Shown: positions 1 to 12,910 of the stretch, in pieces
Position numbering within the stretch: position 1 is the stretch's first letter
How the letters are laid out: each line of letters begins with the position of its first letter
Assembly: GCF_018350175.1 (NCBI RefSeq)
Contig: NC_058369.1
Location: 14,944,001-15,008,000 of the forward strand
DNA from: Felis catus
Lineage: Eukaryota
DNA: 64,000 bases
Direction of reading: 5' to 3'
The notes under the pieces: model-generated
Databases searched by the model: none
What the model was told of the DNA's origin: nothing
The model's input: the letters and a program-made list of their open reading frames with translations, nothing else
Program-made: the position numbers and the translations under genes

Positions 1-103
1 CTCAGTCCCTCTTCTGTCTAGAACGTTGCTTCTAACTAGATGGTGACGGCAGGCTTTCTCGAGGTGAGTGAGGCTCTCTATTAGCTCATGCTGGGTGCAG
101 GTC

Positions 104-535
104 TGTAATACTGGTTCTGTATGGGAGTCCCCAAGACCACTCCCGTATTTGGAGATTTGCTGGAAGGACCCCCAGGACTTAGCATATAGTTGTACTCGCA
201 GCTGAGATTTATCATAGCCACGAAACACGGCAACGTGTGTGATGATTCTGCCCATGAAAGCCCATTAGAGACTCGGCCCCCGAGATTTTCACTGGGGCTG
301 GTCACATGGGCTCCCTCTGCTTAACACGTACCAAAATTTCCAAATCCCAGAAGGAAAGCAGATCCTCCCCTTATCATATTATTTGCACAAATAGTCTAGG
401 CACAGCAGACCACAGTTCACTGTTGACTGGAAACACTCTGAGTCAAGTTCCCAGATGCCAGCCGAGGGCCCACCTTTCAAGCAGGCCCTTCCAAAGATAG
501 CAGCCTTGGGCCCGCTGTGTCCGCCTTTTCGGCAT
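104..535. mobile_element. MER21-like ERVL LTR fragment
   Basis: Motifs ccccaagaccac, ggacttagcatatagttgtactc, cccagaaggaaagcag and caagttcccagatgccagcc resemble the recalled MER21 consensus. Confidence 0.7.
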
Positions 536-1666
536 AGATGCCAACCTCCATTTACATGGTGAGTTAGATTCTTCTGATCTTCTTCCAAACTCAGAAGTTT
601 GTCCTCACGACATTCCTATGAGAGAGACAACCAACTTGGTTGAGAGAAGGTAAACAAACCCCCGGGGTCACAGAGCTAGTAATGCCGGCTCGGGCCTCTC
701 CGACCCTGAGTCTTGCCTTGTTCTACTTCGCGCAGCCTACAGAAGCCAGCTTGCCGGGGGTGTGGTGCTCAGAGTTCCGAGAACGTATCCGCGTTCGGCT
801 TTCTGGCCAGTATTCCTTCCAGCCCATTCCTGCACCCTGCCCTGCGAGACGCCCCCCCACCCCCCGCCCCCAGCCAGCCGTCTCCTCTTCTGGTTGGACC
901 CGCCTCCCCTCGCCGATCTGAGCTGTCCAGTGGGACTGGCTCATCCTTTAAGCTGCCGTGGATGGTGGTGACCCTGTTCGGGCCTCCAGCTGATTCCTTT
1001 GCTGTCGGTGGAAGAAAAATGTCTCTCCTGGCCTTGACCTGCCTAATTCAGTGTAGTGAACGGTCACCGAGGGGCAGACACCATGTGTGGGGAACTGTAA
1101 TTTGCTTTTCTTTTCTTCCTCCTCACTGTCTTCTACCTCCTTCATCTTTGGCAGACCACAGGCAGTCAGCCCAGCCACACCAAAGGGAAGGTGTTGCCTT
1201 CAGATGCTAGGTATAGGGGACACATTTCACTGTGGCTCCGTGTCTGAACACGACTCCGGGTTAGCCTGCTGCTCTTGTCCCAACTGTGAAGGAAGGGAGG
1301 CTCCAGGGTGGGAGGAGGCAGGGAACTGCCTCTTCCCAAGATCCGGCTCCCAGGAGTAGCTTCCCCCTCCCGGCTGAGCTGGGCTGCCCGTTCCTCTCTT
1401 CTCTCCCCTCTCTTCTCTCAGGAGACCCTCAACAGGCCCAGAAGCTCCAGTTCCCAGGGAGTCCTCCTTGATTCTCTTTCAAGATGGATAGTCTCAAGTG
1501 GCACATTTTAGTGTCTTATTTAAGCGGCTCAGTTACTGTGATAGAATCACCATGAGAGATTCACAAAACCTCATATTCCTACAGAGAAGGGAGATGTTGA
1601 TTCACCAAGCACTGCTGACTGCCACCTTTATCAAAGCCTCATCTGAATCTTCAAAGAGCAACTCTT

Positions 1667-1877
1667 TTTTTTTTTATTTTTAATGTTTGTTTTTGAGAGA
1701 GAGACAGATGGAGTGCGATCCAGGCAGGGGCAGGGAGGGAGGGAGACGGAATCCGAAGCAGGCTCCAGGCTCCAAGCTGTGAGCACAGAGCCCGACACAA
1801 GGCTCGAACCATGAACTGCAAGATCATGACCTGAGCCGAAGTCGGACGCTTAACCCACTGCGCCACCCAGGCGCCCT
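1667..1877 (-). mobile_element. CAN-SINE (SINEC)
   Basis: tRNA-derived head, (CT)n-like tract and A-tail on the minus strand; TSD aaagagcaactctt at 1653-1666 and 1878-1891. Confidence 0.95.
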
Positions 1878-3799
1878 AAAGAGCAACTCTTAATTGCATA
1901 AACAAACAAACCCCTTTATTCCCATCCAGTGACTAGGAATGTAGATGTGCCCAGCTCTAAGGCTTTTACCCACGAAGCCCTTCCGCAGGAGAGCCCAGGG
2001 CATCTGCCCATCCACAGACTGAAGCCGAAGTGTTACCCAGCCGGAGGACAGGAATTGGGGCAGGGTGGGGCTGTCAGTCTGAGCCCAGCTTGACTCATCA
2101 GCAACTTCCAGGGTTTAATTATTTCAATTCCTGGTGATTAGAGAGCTAACTGCTTTTCCACTAACTCGTCCTACTTTGGTTTTGTTGGCTTGGAATAATA
2201 CATGGAACCTGAGGTAGACCTGGCCTCCCACCCCCATCATTTTCCCCTGTGCCTAGGGGATGTTTCCCTTGGGAGGGGGCTGCTCAGCTGTACCAGCCCT
2301 GATCCCCATCCCAGTGGAGTAGTAAAGACTTGGGGTTCCTGAGCACTGCCCCAGGGATGCCTGGCAACACACATCAAAACTGGGAGCAATCTGGGACCTT
2401 CTAACTCCCATCTCCTGTCTTCGATTTGTTAGTCATAACCCGAGACCAGGCTGTTTTAAGTAAGAACTTTGAAACTTTGAAAAAGATGGTTTCTATCAGA
2501 AACCTGGAGGAAAGGTAAGAATTGAGTGAGCTGGTGTGTCAGTCTGGGCTACCACTAGGTGGCGGTCCATCTAGTCTCTGCTCTGACACCATGTTGATGG
2601 GGGGTTAGGAAGCGTGGTTAAGCCTCTCCCAGCGGCTTCAGTTTTTCACTGAGGGAGCTGAGGAGAACATGTTTCATTCATAGACATTTTGGTGTGCTCA
2701 ACACTTGCCACTTCCCGGTGGGATCTTTACTTTTCGATGTGGTCGCTCGTATTTGTCACTAATATTGAACCGGAAGCTTCAAGCCCTGAATTGGTGGAAG
2801 GAGCCACTTGATCTCTGTTCCTCAATGCTTAGTGCTGCTCGCGGGGGTCCCTGTTGGTGCCTGATGGACGGGGGACAAAGCAGACAGGCAAACTACAGAA
2901 CTCATTTGAAGCTGGCTGTACTCTGAAAGTCTCCAGAAAGAACTGATAACTCTCCCCAGAGACTTACAATGAACAGTTCAAAATGTGTTACTGTTCCCAT
3001 CCCCACTCATAAGGAAGCTTCTGCAGGTTCAGAAATGAGCACATGTGCACACAGGGGAATGGGAGGGATTGGGACCTGCTGCCGGGACCATTTGACTGAC
3101 TCCTGGAGAGGTGAGGCCCAGAGCTAGCCCTGCCCCACGAACCTGCTAAATCACTGTCCTCTGTCATGGTCCTGGCCTGACCTGGCTGTAAGACTCTATA
3201 GATTTGCAGGCTAGATGGATCACAAGGGAAACAATGGGCTAGTGTCTGAAATCCTGTCTCAGGTGGACATGGCCTTGATCTCACTCTACCCCAGTTAAAT
3301 CAGGGATGTGCCAGGCAGGAGGAGCACAGTAGAGGTGATGAGTCAGGATGGGTGGAGATCTGGGTGGGGCAGCATTCCCAGGATTTTTATTAGTTTATTG
3401 GCTCAGCAAGCAATTTCCCAACTGCCCTGGAAAAGGGGCTGGGTCATACTTAGGAAGGATCTGAATTGGTTTTGGCAGTTGTAAACAGAGAAAGCACTTG
3501 GTTTTATGCCCCAAACCCTGAGCAAACACTCCCCTGCTGAAAGAATGTATTGTGATACCTCTGAGCAGGGAGCCAGGATTACTGCCTGTTGTGCTTTCCC
3601 TCTTTTTAAACTTTGCACTTAATAGAGAAGCGTTTTATTTAGGGCTCCTTTGGTCTGCATTCCTTGACTCCAGTATTTGTGGTCTAACAATAAATCTCAA
3701 GACCAGAGCATCCATTCATTAGCTTGACTCATGTCAGGCTACAAGCCAGGCATGCCGAATTCCACCTTCAGGGAGAGTCCGGTGCAGCCTTGCAGATGA

Positions 3800-4005
3800 G
3801 GGCTGGGCTGCCTGGCTTGGAGTCTTAGCTCCCCCGTCCCTAGTTGTGTGAGCTTGGACAAATTATATAACCTTTCTGGGACTCTGTTTCATTTTCTCTA
3901 AAATGGGGTCGTAAATAGTAGGGTTGTGAGAATTGATTGAGCTGGCGCATCTAACGTGCTAAGAGTGGCTTCTAGCACATAGTAAACATTCAAAAGAGCT
4001 GTTAA
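3800..4005 (+). mobile_element. MIR SINE
   Basis: tgtgtgagcttggacaaatt...tctgtttc...aaaatgggg...gggttgtgagaatt...gcacatagtaaaca resembles the MIR core. Confidence 0.7.
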
Positions 4006-5772
4006 AGTTTTCCACCTTGTATAACAAGAGGGTTGGGCCATCTGAGGTCTCACCACATTCTCCCGTAGGTCAGACCCCACTTGTGAGGTTTTTGTTTCAC
4101 TAATGGAGTTTGTTTTCAGAGGTGAGTTAAAATGCCTTTGGAGCGGCTGGACAGTTTGTCAGCCTCCCTCACGGATCACCGATCTCCGGTTGCTCTTTGT
4201 TCAGATGCACGTAGTCACCTGGCTGGCCTCTGCGGGCATTCGGTTTCTTGTCCTCTGACATGGCCGGCATCTCCGTCCACCTCTTCTAGGAAGTGTCCTT
4301 GTGCTAGGAGCACCCCTAGTGATGAGGGGGGGACCCTCAGTTCTCTTCCCCAGCCCTACCCTTCATCTTTTGTTAGAATATAGGGTCTTTGGCTTTTCTT
4401 CTTGTGTTACCTGAAGTTACTGTGCCCCAACGCCCGGCCCCCGACGATTCCCTTCCATTTTCCCAGCCTTCTCCCCAGAGTCACTCCAGGGGCCTTGACA
4501 CCATCCAGATGCGGGAGCTTTTCATGGTCTCATGAGCCTCTAAACCTTCCTCTCTGCCTGACTACCAGCTATGCTGAAAGTACAATGTGTTAAAAAAAAA
4601 AAAAAAAAAAAAAACAAACAACTTTTAAAATAGGAAAAATTCCCACTTTAAATTAATGTCAAAAAAACCACAAAAAAACAGTGGGGCGTGGTCTTACGGG
4701 TAGATGAATTTAGCCAGTTGGACCCAGGAGGTTCTGTAAATCAGCCCTTGGGGCTGTAGAAGAGGGAATGCATCGATCCCTAAGTAATTAATTAGTCATA
4801 CCCAGGAGGGTGTGGCCCACTGCAGTCAGGGAAAGGGACACATTTTAAGCATAAGCACCTCCTAACTAGATTTGTCTATTTAGCTCTATAGAGATGTGTT
4901 TTTACACACTTAAAAGATAGATCTTGATATTGATGAGTGTGTAAATTAGAAGCAGCTTTTGTGTGCTGGCTGTGCAAAATTACTAAGTTGGTCCTTGGTA
5001 ACTTGATTATTTCACCTTAAGTGAGCTGCTTTTTGTGGCTCAGTGCCCGAGTCCAGCAGAGGCCGTGAGGGAAGAGCAAGGTTGCTGTGGCAGTAATGAA
5101 GTTTCTCTTGGGGATTTTAAATTAGGGCTCTGGCTGGCTCATAGTGGTAAGGGAAGACTATATATTTAGAGAAACAGAGTTATTATATAGTGATACATTC
5201 TGATTGTTTTAGGGGTCGTCCTGACACCTATATGAGAATGGTCTAGACAAAAGGGATGTTTAAATACATTAGGTGAGATTTTTAGCATTGTGCAGATGGG
5301 GTAGGCACAGCCCTGAGCCTTCATGTGGGTTTTGCTTTGCTTGGAACCCCCCTGCCTGTCTGTACCCTGACCCACTTTTGCTCACCTTCTGGGTTGAGGT
5401 CCTCGGCACTGGTTGACATCCTCCCCAGCCCTACTCCTGCTCTTTGCTCCCTATCATGAAGCTCCCTGACTTTGTGAAATTGCCAACTTAGGGCCTGCAT
5501 CCACCTTGCTCAGTCTCTCCGTCTCCAGTACTAGCATAGAGCTGGTACCTTCTAGATGGATGAGTGCGTGGAATAGAAAGTTTCAATACATGATTTTGTA
5601 GAGACCGTACTGACTGAAACAGCTGGTTTGTTACTTTTCTGGACCCTCTTCATTACAGCAAAGTGATTATTGGAATGGTTACTTATCTCACAGATGTATA
5701 TAATGTATTGAGGGTTTGTTTTTTATTAAGCCAAAACCCTCAAAAATTTCCCATTAAATACTTTTGCATAAT

Positions 5773-6298
5773 AGGGTGCCTGGCTGGCTCAGTCGGTGGA
5801 GCATGAGACTCTTGATCTCGGTGTTGTGAGTTCGAGCCCTGTGTTGGGTGTAGATATTGCTGAAAAAGAAAATCTTAAAAAAAAAAAAACTTAAAAAAAT
5901 GTTTATTTAGAGAGAATGCATGTATGCTTGTGCAAGCGGGGAAGGAACAAAGAGAGAGGTAGAGAGAGGATCTCAAGCAGGCTCTGAGCTGTCAGCACAG
6001 AGCCAGACATAAGGCTTGATCCCATGAACCACGAGATCATGACCTGAGCGAAAATCAAAAGCCAGATGCTTAACTGTCTGAGCCATCCAGGTGCCTTCCC
6101 CCTCAAAATACTTTTTTTTTTTTAAGTTTTTTTTAAGTTTTTTTAAGTTTATTTTGAGAGAGAGAACAAGAGGGCTCTTTGTGCTGATAGCACAGAGCCC
6201 GACGCAGGGCTCAAACTCACAAACCGTGAGATCATGACCTGAGCTGAAGTCAGATACTTAACCGATACTTAACCGACTGAGCCACCCAGGCACCCCCC
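5773..6298. mobile_element. Stack of three CAN-SINEs (one short + strand copy, two - strand copies)
   Basis: Heads at 5773 (+), ~6100 (-) and ~6297 (-); repeated aaatactttt target motif. Confidence 0.9.
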
Positions 6299-6629
6299 AA
6301 AATACTTTTGAATAATGCTTAGGGCAGCAAATGTCGATGCTTGTTTATTCTTTGTTGAGGTAATTGGGCATAAGATTCAAGAGGCCAAAATGGAAAAGTT
6401 TTTTTCTCTTGAAAAAGAGCAAATAAAGTAAAAGGGCTATTCTAATATTTAATCAGCTGGCCGTCTCTCTCATTTCATTTTCCTGCTTTTCAGTACAGTG
6501 ATAATCTAGTTTGTGATATAATTGGCATACCATCATACATATCTTCTAAATCATTCAAGGAAGGTCATGGTACTTAACGTTGTGGTTTTTGTTTTGGGAG
6601 TTTGGTGGTACATTTAAAAAACAGAAAAA

Positions 6630-7088
6630 TAAATTTTCTTTAATGTTTATTTTTGAGAGAGAAAGTCAGAGCAGGACCAGGGAAGGGGCAGAGAGAGAGG
6701 GATACACAGAATCCAAAGCAGGCTCCAGGCTCCGAGCTGTCAGCACAGAGCCCAACGCGGGGCTCGAACCCACGAGCTGTGAGATCATGACCTGAGCTGA
6801 AGTTGGACGTTTAACTGACTGAGCCACCCAGGCGCCCCTCGTGGTGCATTTTATTTATTTATTTAAAAAAAATTTTTTTTTTCAACGTTTATTTATTTTT
6901 TGGGGGACAGAGAGAGACAGAGCATGAACGGGGGAGGGGCAGAGAGAGAGGGAGACACAGAATCCGAAACAGGCTCCAGGCTCCGAGCCATCAGCCCAGA
7001 GCCTGACGCGGGGCTCGAACTCCCGGACCGCGAGATCGTGACCTGGCTGAAGTCGGACGCTCAAACGACTGCGCCACCCAGGCGCCCC
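6630..7088 (-). mobile_element. Two tandem CAN-SINEs; the second is a young felid-type copy
   Basis: Two heads ending ggcgcccc at ~6838 and ~7088; TSD tcgtggtgcatttta at 6839-6853 and 7090-7104. Confidence 0.95.
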
Positions 7089-7549
7089 ATCGTGGTGCAT
7101 TTTAAAGGAAAACTCGGGGTGGTGTATGTGATGTGACCCCTCCATGGCCAGACTGCTTGACTCTAGGCCTCCTGGCCTCCTGGGCCTGTCCGAGAAGAGC
7201 ATTCTACTGTCAAGATAAGAGAGTTAATTATTACTGGCCAAGGTTCACTTTACTATTGTTCTCTCGTGTCTCTTTGGATAAAGATGGCTTCTGTTAGAAG
7301 TCGGCGGGGGGGGGGGGGGGACCCCCGTCACACACACTGACAGATCCAGGGCACCGTGCCAGTCTGGCTCATTGCGTGTGTCTGGAGGCTGGAAAAGTGG
7401 CAGGTGCCATCCTCTCCTGACTTCAGTGACTTTTCTTGTACAGCCGCTGGCCCGTCCAGCATTCCATAAGGAAACTGGAACAAAGCCGTGTGCCTCTGTC
7501 TTTGTTTCTGAAAAGACTCACACAGCTTTTCTCTTGCCCTTCTATGTAG

Positions 7550-7715
7550 TTCAGCCAACGCTACTCCTGAATTTGAAGGCCGGGGAGGTGATGACCTCGG
7601 CACGGAGATTGCTAACACCCTCTACCGGATATTTAACAATAAGAGCAGCGTTGACCTGAAGTCCCTCTGCATCAGTCCCCGGGAGCACTGCTGGATTCTC
7701 TATGTGGACGTGCTG
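7550..7715 (+). CDS. EXOSC7: EXOSC7 internal coding exon (exon 4 by human numbering), RNA exosome component RRP42
   Basis: Acceptor ctcttgcccttctatgtag| and donor |gtacgt; 166 nt; translates (C)SANATPEFEGRGGDDLGTEIANTLYRIFNNKSSVDLKSLCISPREHCWILYVDVL, recognisable as the RRP42 RNase PH domain. Upstream exons are outside the window. Confidence 0.97.
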
Positions 7716-7889
7716 GTACGTATCACGTTGCTGCAACGGCCACACTCTCTGCTTTTGCTGGAGGCTGGTTGGCCTACTTTCCTTCTGGTGCTTTTGCCCT
7801 CTTCAAGTGGATGCTTTCAACTTCCAGGGTGAGATGAGATGGAAAAAGAATGATGTCCTGTAAAGTTTTATTTTTGTCATTTTGTAAAA

Positions 7890-8105
7890 CTTCATTATCT
7901 ATTTATTAATTTATTTTGAGAGAGAGAGCGCGTGCACGTGCATGCAAGTGGGGAGGGACAGAGAGAGAGGGAGAGAGAATCTCAAGCGGGTTCCGTGATG
8001 CCAGCACAGAGCCTGACGGGGCTCAAACCCCCAAACCATGAGACCATGACTTGAACCGAGGTCAAGAGTCGGACGCTTAACCGAGTGAGCTACCCAGGCA
8101 CCCCT
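7890..8105 (-). mobile_element. CAN-SINE
   Basis: SINE body and head ending cccaggcacccc. Confidence 0.9.
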
Positions 8106-8329
8106 GTATTGAGTCTTTTAAATTAATATAACATATGTATTGTATATATAATACCATCCTACAGTGAAATCATAGTCATATCATGGTAGCACCTAAAATT
8201 ATCCACCGAGCTCATCAGGGAAGAAATAAAAAACAAGAGATGCTTTCTAGATGCTATCAGGTAGAAGTTATAGGCAGAAGTTAGACAAGTTGGGGTACTC
8301 TTCTGCGTGGAATGGGGATGAACTCTTTC

Positions 8330-8490
8330 TATGCATTTCACTTAGCCCTTACAACTCTTTAGCGAGCCGGTGCTATTGCCCCATTTACAGGTGAGGGAAC
8401 GAAGGTTCAGGGAGGTAGAGTGACCTGGCGCAAGAGGTCTCAGCTCGTGAGTAGTGGTGTTGGCACTCAAAGCTGGGTCTCTAATGCCGG
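8330..8490 (-). mobile_element. MIR SINE
   Basis: ccccatttacaggtgagggaacgaaggttcagggaggtagagtgacc is a MIR core in reverse orientation. Confidence 0.65.
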
Positions 8491-10639
8491 TGCCTGCTGT
8501 TGACCTCACCAAGCCCTCCTCCCTTGAAAGCACCATGGAACCCACCCTTGGTGTGTTCCTCACTTCCCAGGGGAGGACCCTGAGACCCTGCAGCCTTCTC
8601 CCCCGAGTCTACTCCTACAGGAGCCTCTCTAGGCCAATCTCCCATTTCCTTGCTGATGTTTTCCCAAATGCTCCTCGCCTGGTTTTGGCCCCTGGACGGT
8701 GTGATTAATTGTGCCACGTGCTTATTCGTGTAAGGCTGGCTCTCGTTGGGTCTGTTTATTCCTTTTAGTGAAATTTCATAAACCTTGAGATGAGTGGCTA
8801 CATCTTCCCCTTCAGATTGAGGTCACAAGGCTAGGCCGTCAACCAAACAGATTCTTTCGTGAATCTAGAGATAAAGCAGATTCCGTGGACTGAGAGGGAA
8901 CTTCTTGATGAGGAAGAGCCTGGCTGTCTCCAGATGTTGGCCCTGCATGAAACAGGGCGGGGCTTTCTGGATACTTTTAAATTAATTTGATAATGGATGG
9001 AGCACAACTAGCCAAAAGGTAACAGTGGTTACCATTGTCCCGCAGGTTAGGGGTGTTCTGGACGCTGACGCTAATGGGTAAAAATAATGAAATGACAAGT
9101 CCGTTTGCTTCTCCTCATGTCCGATAAGCGGGATGTACCTTTTAGTGTGATTCCTACTAAGCAAGTACTTTTGCAGGTGCTGGATGTGATGAGGCGGGAG
9201 CCGGCAGCCTCCAGTCCTCACTGATAAGGGGCGGGCTTCATAGCTGCCTGGGGAGGTGCAGCCCCATGGTACGAACTGTAAGGTTCCACCCTGTGTCTGA
9301 AGAACATTCTCTCTTTTCCTTCCTCCCCAAGAAGCTAAAGGCAGGAGTGTTGTGGTGCATTGCACCTGTCCGTTGGCGATCCTGCTTTTGTTCCTCGTCA
9401 GAATTTGTCCGCGCTTGTGATTTTTATAGGAGGCTGGCCCGGTGAGGGGTCCTGATCCACTTTATGATTTAGTCAAGAGACCTGTTCTCTGAGTGAAGGC
9501 TTGTGCAAGATGGATGAATATCGGATGTTGTCTCAGCTTAGAACCGGCGCCCTCTTCCACGGGGCGGGGTGGGGGTGGGGTAGGGGAAAATATGGTTAGC
9601 AGGTGTCTCAGTGGCACACTGTGTCCCCGTCACCTGCAGACCTTTCCTTTTAAGACTCCTCGCATTTGGATTTCTTCTCGCCTGTTTTTTCTCCAGGCTC
9701 TGTCTTATTTTGGAAATAAGACATGATCTTTTGAAATGTTGTCATCCTCAGAAAAGTTTTGAATGAATTAGGAAAGCAGTTTTTGAAATTCTGTTATTGA
9801 GGTAGATCCGTTTTTGTCATTCATGTAATTCGCATCTGTGGAGGCTTCCACTTCTGTGAAAGCAAATGTTTGCTTTCAGCCTTGATGGGAATGTGCCTCG
9901 TGCGTGCGAGGCACGCGTGGGTTTTTGTTTTATCTTTTACATCTAAAAATACGCGGGATACATCGAGTCCATGTTTGAAGCAAGATGGTGGGAATCCAGT
10001 CTTGCCACTGGAATTGCAAAAGTGAGTGAATCTCGATGTATTTTTACCAACCGGTCTGGATAGTCCTCAGGCGGAGCCCATCTTTCAACCAAATATTCGC
10101 TGGGCAACTTTCCATGTTTTTATGCTTTTAGTGTAGGTGCCTTTACTTGAAACCTATTACAGTCAGACCAACCACCTATTTCCAGTATTATTCTTTTTAC
10201 CTCCATTGGGGTATTTTATGAGACTAGAAACGTAACTTCCTGGACGCTTCCCTCTTCTTTCCGCTTCGCACTCCTTCGGTGGCCTGGTTGTGACTCCGAG
10301 TGGGAGAACTGTCAGGACTCTGTCACATTGACAGCACACAGGCGACCTTTGGTGGGGAGACCGTCACAAGGCTGTCTTGTGATGAGCCCCGGGAGTGGGG
10401 ATGAGAGGCTGGCACGTGGTCCATGGCACTGGGCATGGGCAAGGCAGGGGGAGCGGGGGAGCGACCGCAGCACCTGGCAGCTGGCTATGTGTGGTGCTGG
10501 AGGTGCTGAGCCCGGGGGTCTGAGAGGATGGTTGAGGGGAAGTCCAGGAGGAGCAGGTGTCTTGTGGGGAGACATGTTTTATACTTGTGCGTCCTAGCAG
10601 TATTACAGTTTTGGAGGTTTGCCTTGTGAAAAGAAACCC

Positions 10640-10797
10640 CTCTGGCTCAAACAGTTAAGTGTCTGATTTCAGCTCAGGTCACGATCTCACTGTTTATGAG
10701 TTCAAGCCCCGCGTCGGGCTCTGTGCTGACAGCCTGGAGCCTGCTTCCGGTTCTGTCTCCCTCTCTCTCTGCCCCTCCCATGCGCGCTCTCTCTCTC

Positions 10798-10834
<37 letters not shown>

Positions 10835-10875
10835 AAACAATGAATAAATAAACATTAAAAAAAGAAGAGAAGACA
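10640..10875 (+). mobile_element. CAN-SINE with expanded (CT)n
   Basis: SINE body, long (CT)n tract and A-rich tail; flanking aaaagaaacccc duplication. Confidence 0.9.
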
Positions 10876-11854
10876 TCAAAAAGAAACCCCCTCATTCCCA
10901 GAAGGCCAACAGCATAAGTTGTGCTCTTCCCCTAAAAGAAGTGTTCTGGAACCCGTGCACCTGACAGGGGAAGGTGTGTTTGTGACCAGGTGTGTCCTCT
11001 TCTTCTCCACTTCTGCTGCTTCCCCACCTCTGTTATAGGAGGGATTTTCGCCCTGGAGCCGGGACCACGGCCCAGGCTCTCGGTAACGCTAGACGTCCCA
11101 CACCTCCCGTTCTCTCCTAGCTTGCCTGGGCCTGTTCAGACACCGGGTCGGGCCGCTTTGGGTCTTCATATCGCGCCCACTCTCCCCTGCCTCCTGGCTG
11201 TACCACTGTGTTTGGCAGAAAGGTTCTCGCTAGGCCGCACCCGCTTGGCTTCCAAGAGAGGAAGGTAGGGCCTTCGAGCCCCTGTTATGTGCCAGGAATG
11301 GTAAGGATGTGATCTCATTTAATCCTCACGGTCACCCAGTAGAGAAGCGTGGCTTTGTTTTCCTGACGGGGAAACTGAATCCCGGAAGGTATGTGGCCAG
11401 CAAGCTGCAGAGAAGAGCGTCAGCCTCACAGCGCCCCACCTGGCTTACCCCATCGTGTGGCACAGCCTGAGGAGCCTGGGCAGGCGGACCTGAGGCCTGG
11501 AGCGGGCTCATCCCTTGCATCCATGGAGGAGGGCGGGCTGATTGGTACCTGCCCTTTGGGGGGCCCTCTTGATTTCATCTCTTGCCGATAAGCCAGAATG
11601 TTGAAAATCAGAGTCTGTATCGGGCCACTGTGCACGAGTGACAGGGCTTCTGTGTCCCCACCTGCCAAGTAAGGGTGGGTGATGGGCTCTCCAGGGTCCT
11701 TCCCGACTGGGGGGCCCCATGGCTGCTGGAGCACTTTCTCTGCATAAAGTAGATGCTGTGGAAGAGTGGAGTGTGAAATGGTGGCCTTCAGCCCAGGCTG
11801 ATCCTCAGGGCCACCTCGAGACTAAAGTACACATGCCAGGGTCTCACCCCACAT

Positions 11855-12085
11855 TTTTCTTTTTTCTTTAAAAAAAAAATTTTTTTTTTTTTTAAGTTTG
11901 TTCATCCACTTTGAGAGAGAGCGTGAGCTGGGGAGGGGCAGAGAGAGAAAGAGAGAATCCCAAGCAGGCTCCACACGGCCAGCACGGAGCCCCACACAGG
12001 ACTCGATCCCATGAACCATGAGATCATGACCTGAGCGGAAGTCAAGAGTCGGCTGCTTAACCGACTGAGCCACCCAGGCGCCCCG
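11855..12085 (-). mobile_element. CAN-SINE
   Basis: SINE body with head ending ggcgcccc. Confidence 0.9.
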
Positions 12086-12910
12086 GCTCCTTCCGCCTTG
12101 GTGACAACTCTGTGACATAGTTGTGATTTTTGCCCTTCATGAGGTGCGGAGCGCTGAGGTAGCTCCCGGCTGCCTGGTGAGCATGGGGATCCTAGCAGAC
12201 AGTCTGACTCAGGAGTCCAGCTGGAGCTCTCCGCTGTGCGGCAGTGTGTGTGAACCAGCGTAGAGAAGGGCTAGTCGCGTGCTAGGCGAGTAGGCTGCGG
12301 TGACAAAGCCAGGCAGTAGTACGGGCTGGTGGGGTGGGGAGTCAGGGGAGGTCATATTTTAATAAGCAGTAATTATGCAGCATCGTGGGAAGGGTGCTGT
12401 CTGCACTTGAGGTTCGAGCTTAAAGGGAAGTTAGAGATTTGCCCCGGGCACGAATGCAGCGAGTGAAGGAAACGCGCCAGATTCTGAGTCGGGTTCGGAA
12501 GGCCCGGGCTTAGGACCCGTCTGCCTTTGGTAAGTAGCCACCAGGCTCCGCAATCAGGAGCCATTTGGGACAAAATGCAGGTGATCATTTCCTCCTTGAG
12601 TGCAGACCCAACTGGCTGGGGGGCCACTTAGAGGAGATCCACTGCAAGCCGGGGCCTGAGTGGTGGCCCCACAGCCGATGCCAGTGGTGACCTCAGCCGT
12701 GGGGCCCAGGCCAGCACGGCCTCCAGGTGCTTCTTGCAATTAGGGTGACGCCTGGAGTGTCAGCCAGGAGAGCAACCGCCTGTTCTTTTCTTTATTTTGT
12801 AAATACTTGGTCAGTATTTCTTAGGAACCAGTGTCCTTTAATTAGGATAATACTTAGAGTAAGAAATGACCCTTGCTTTTTCTTCCCACCTCACTCCCTG
12901 CCTCTCTTAG

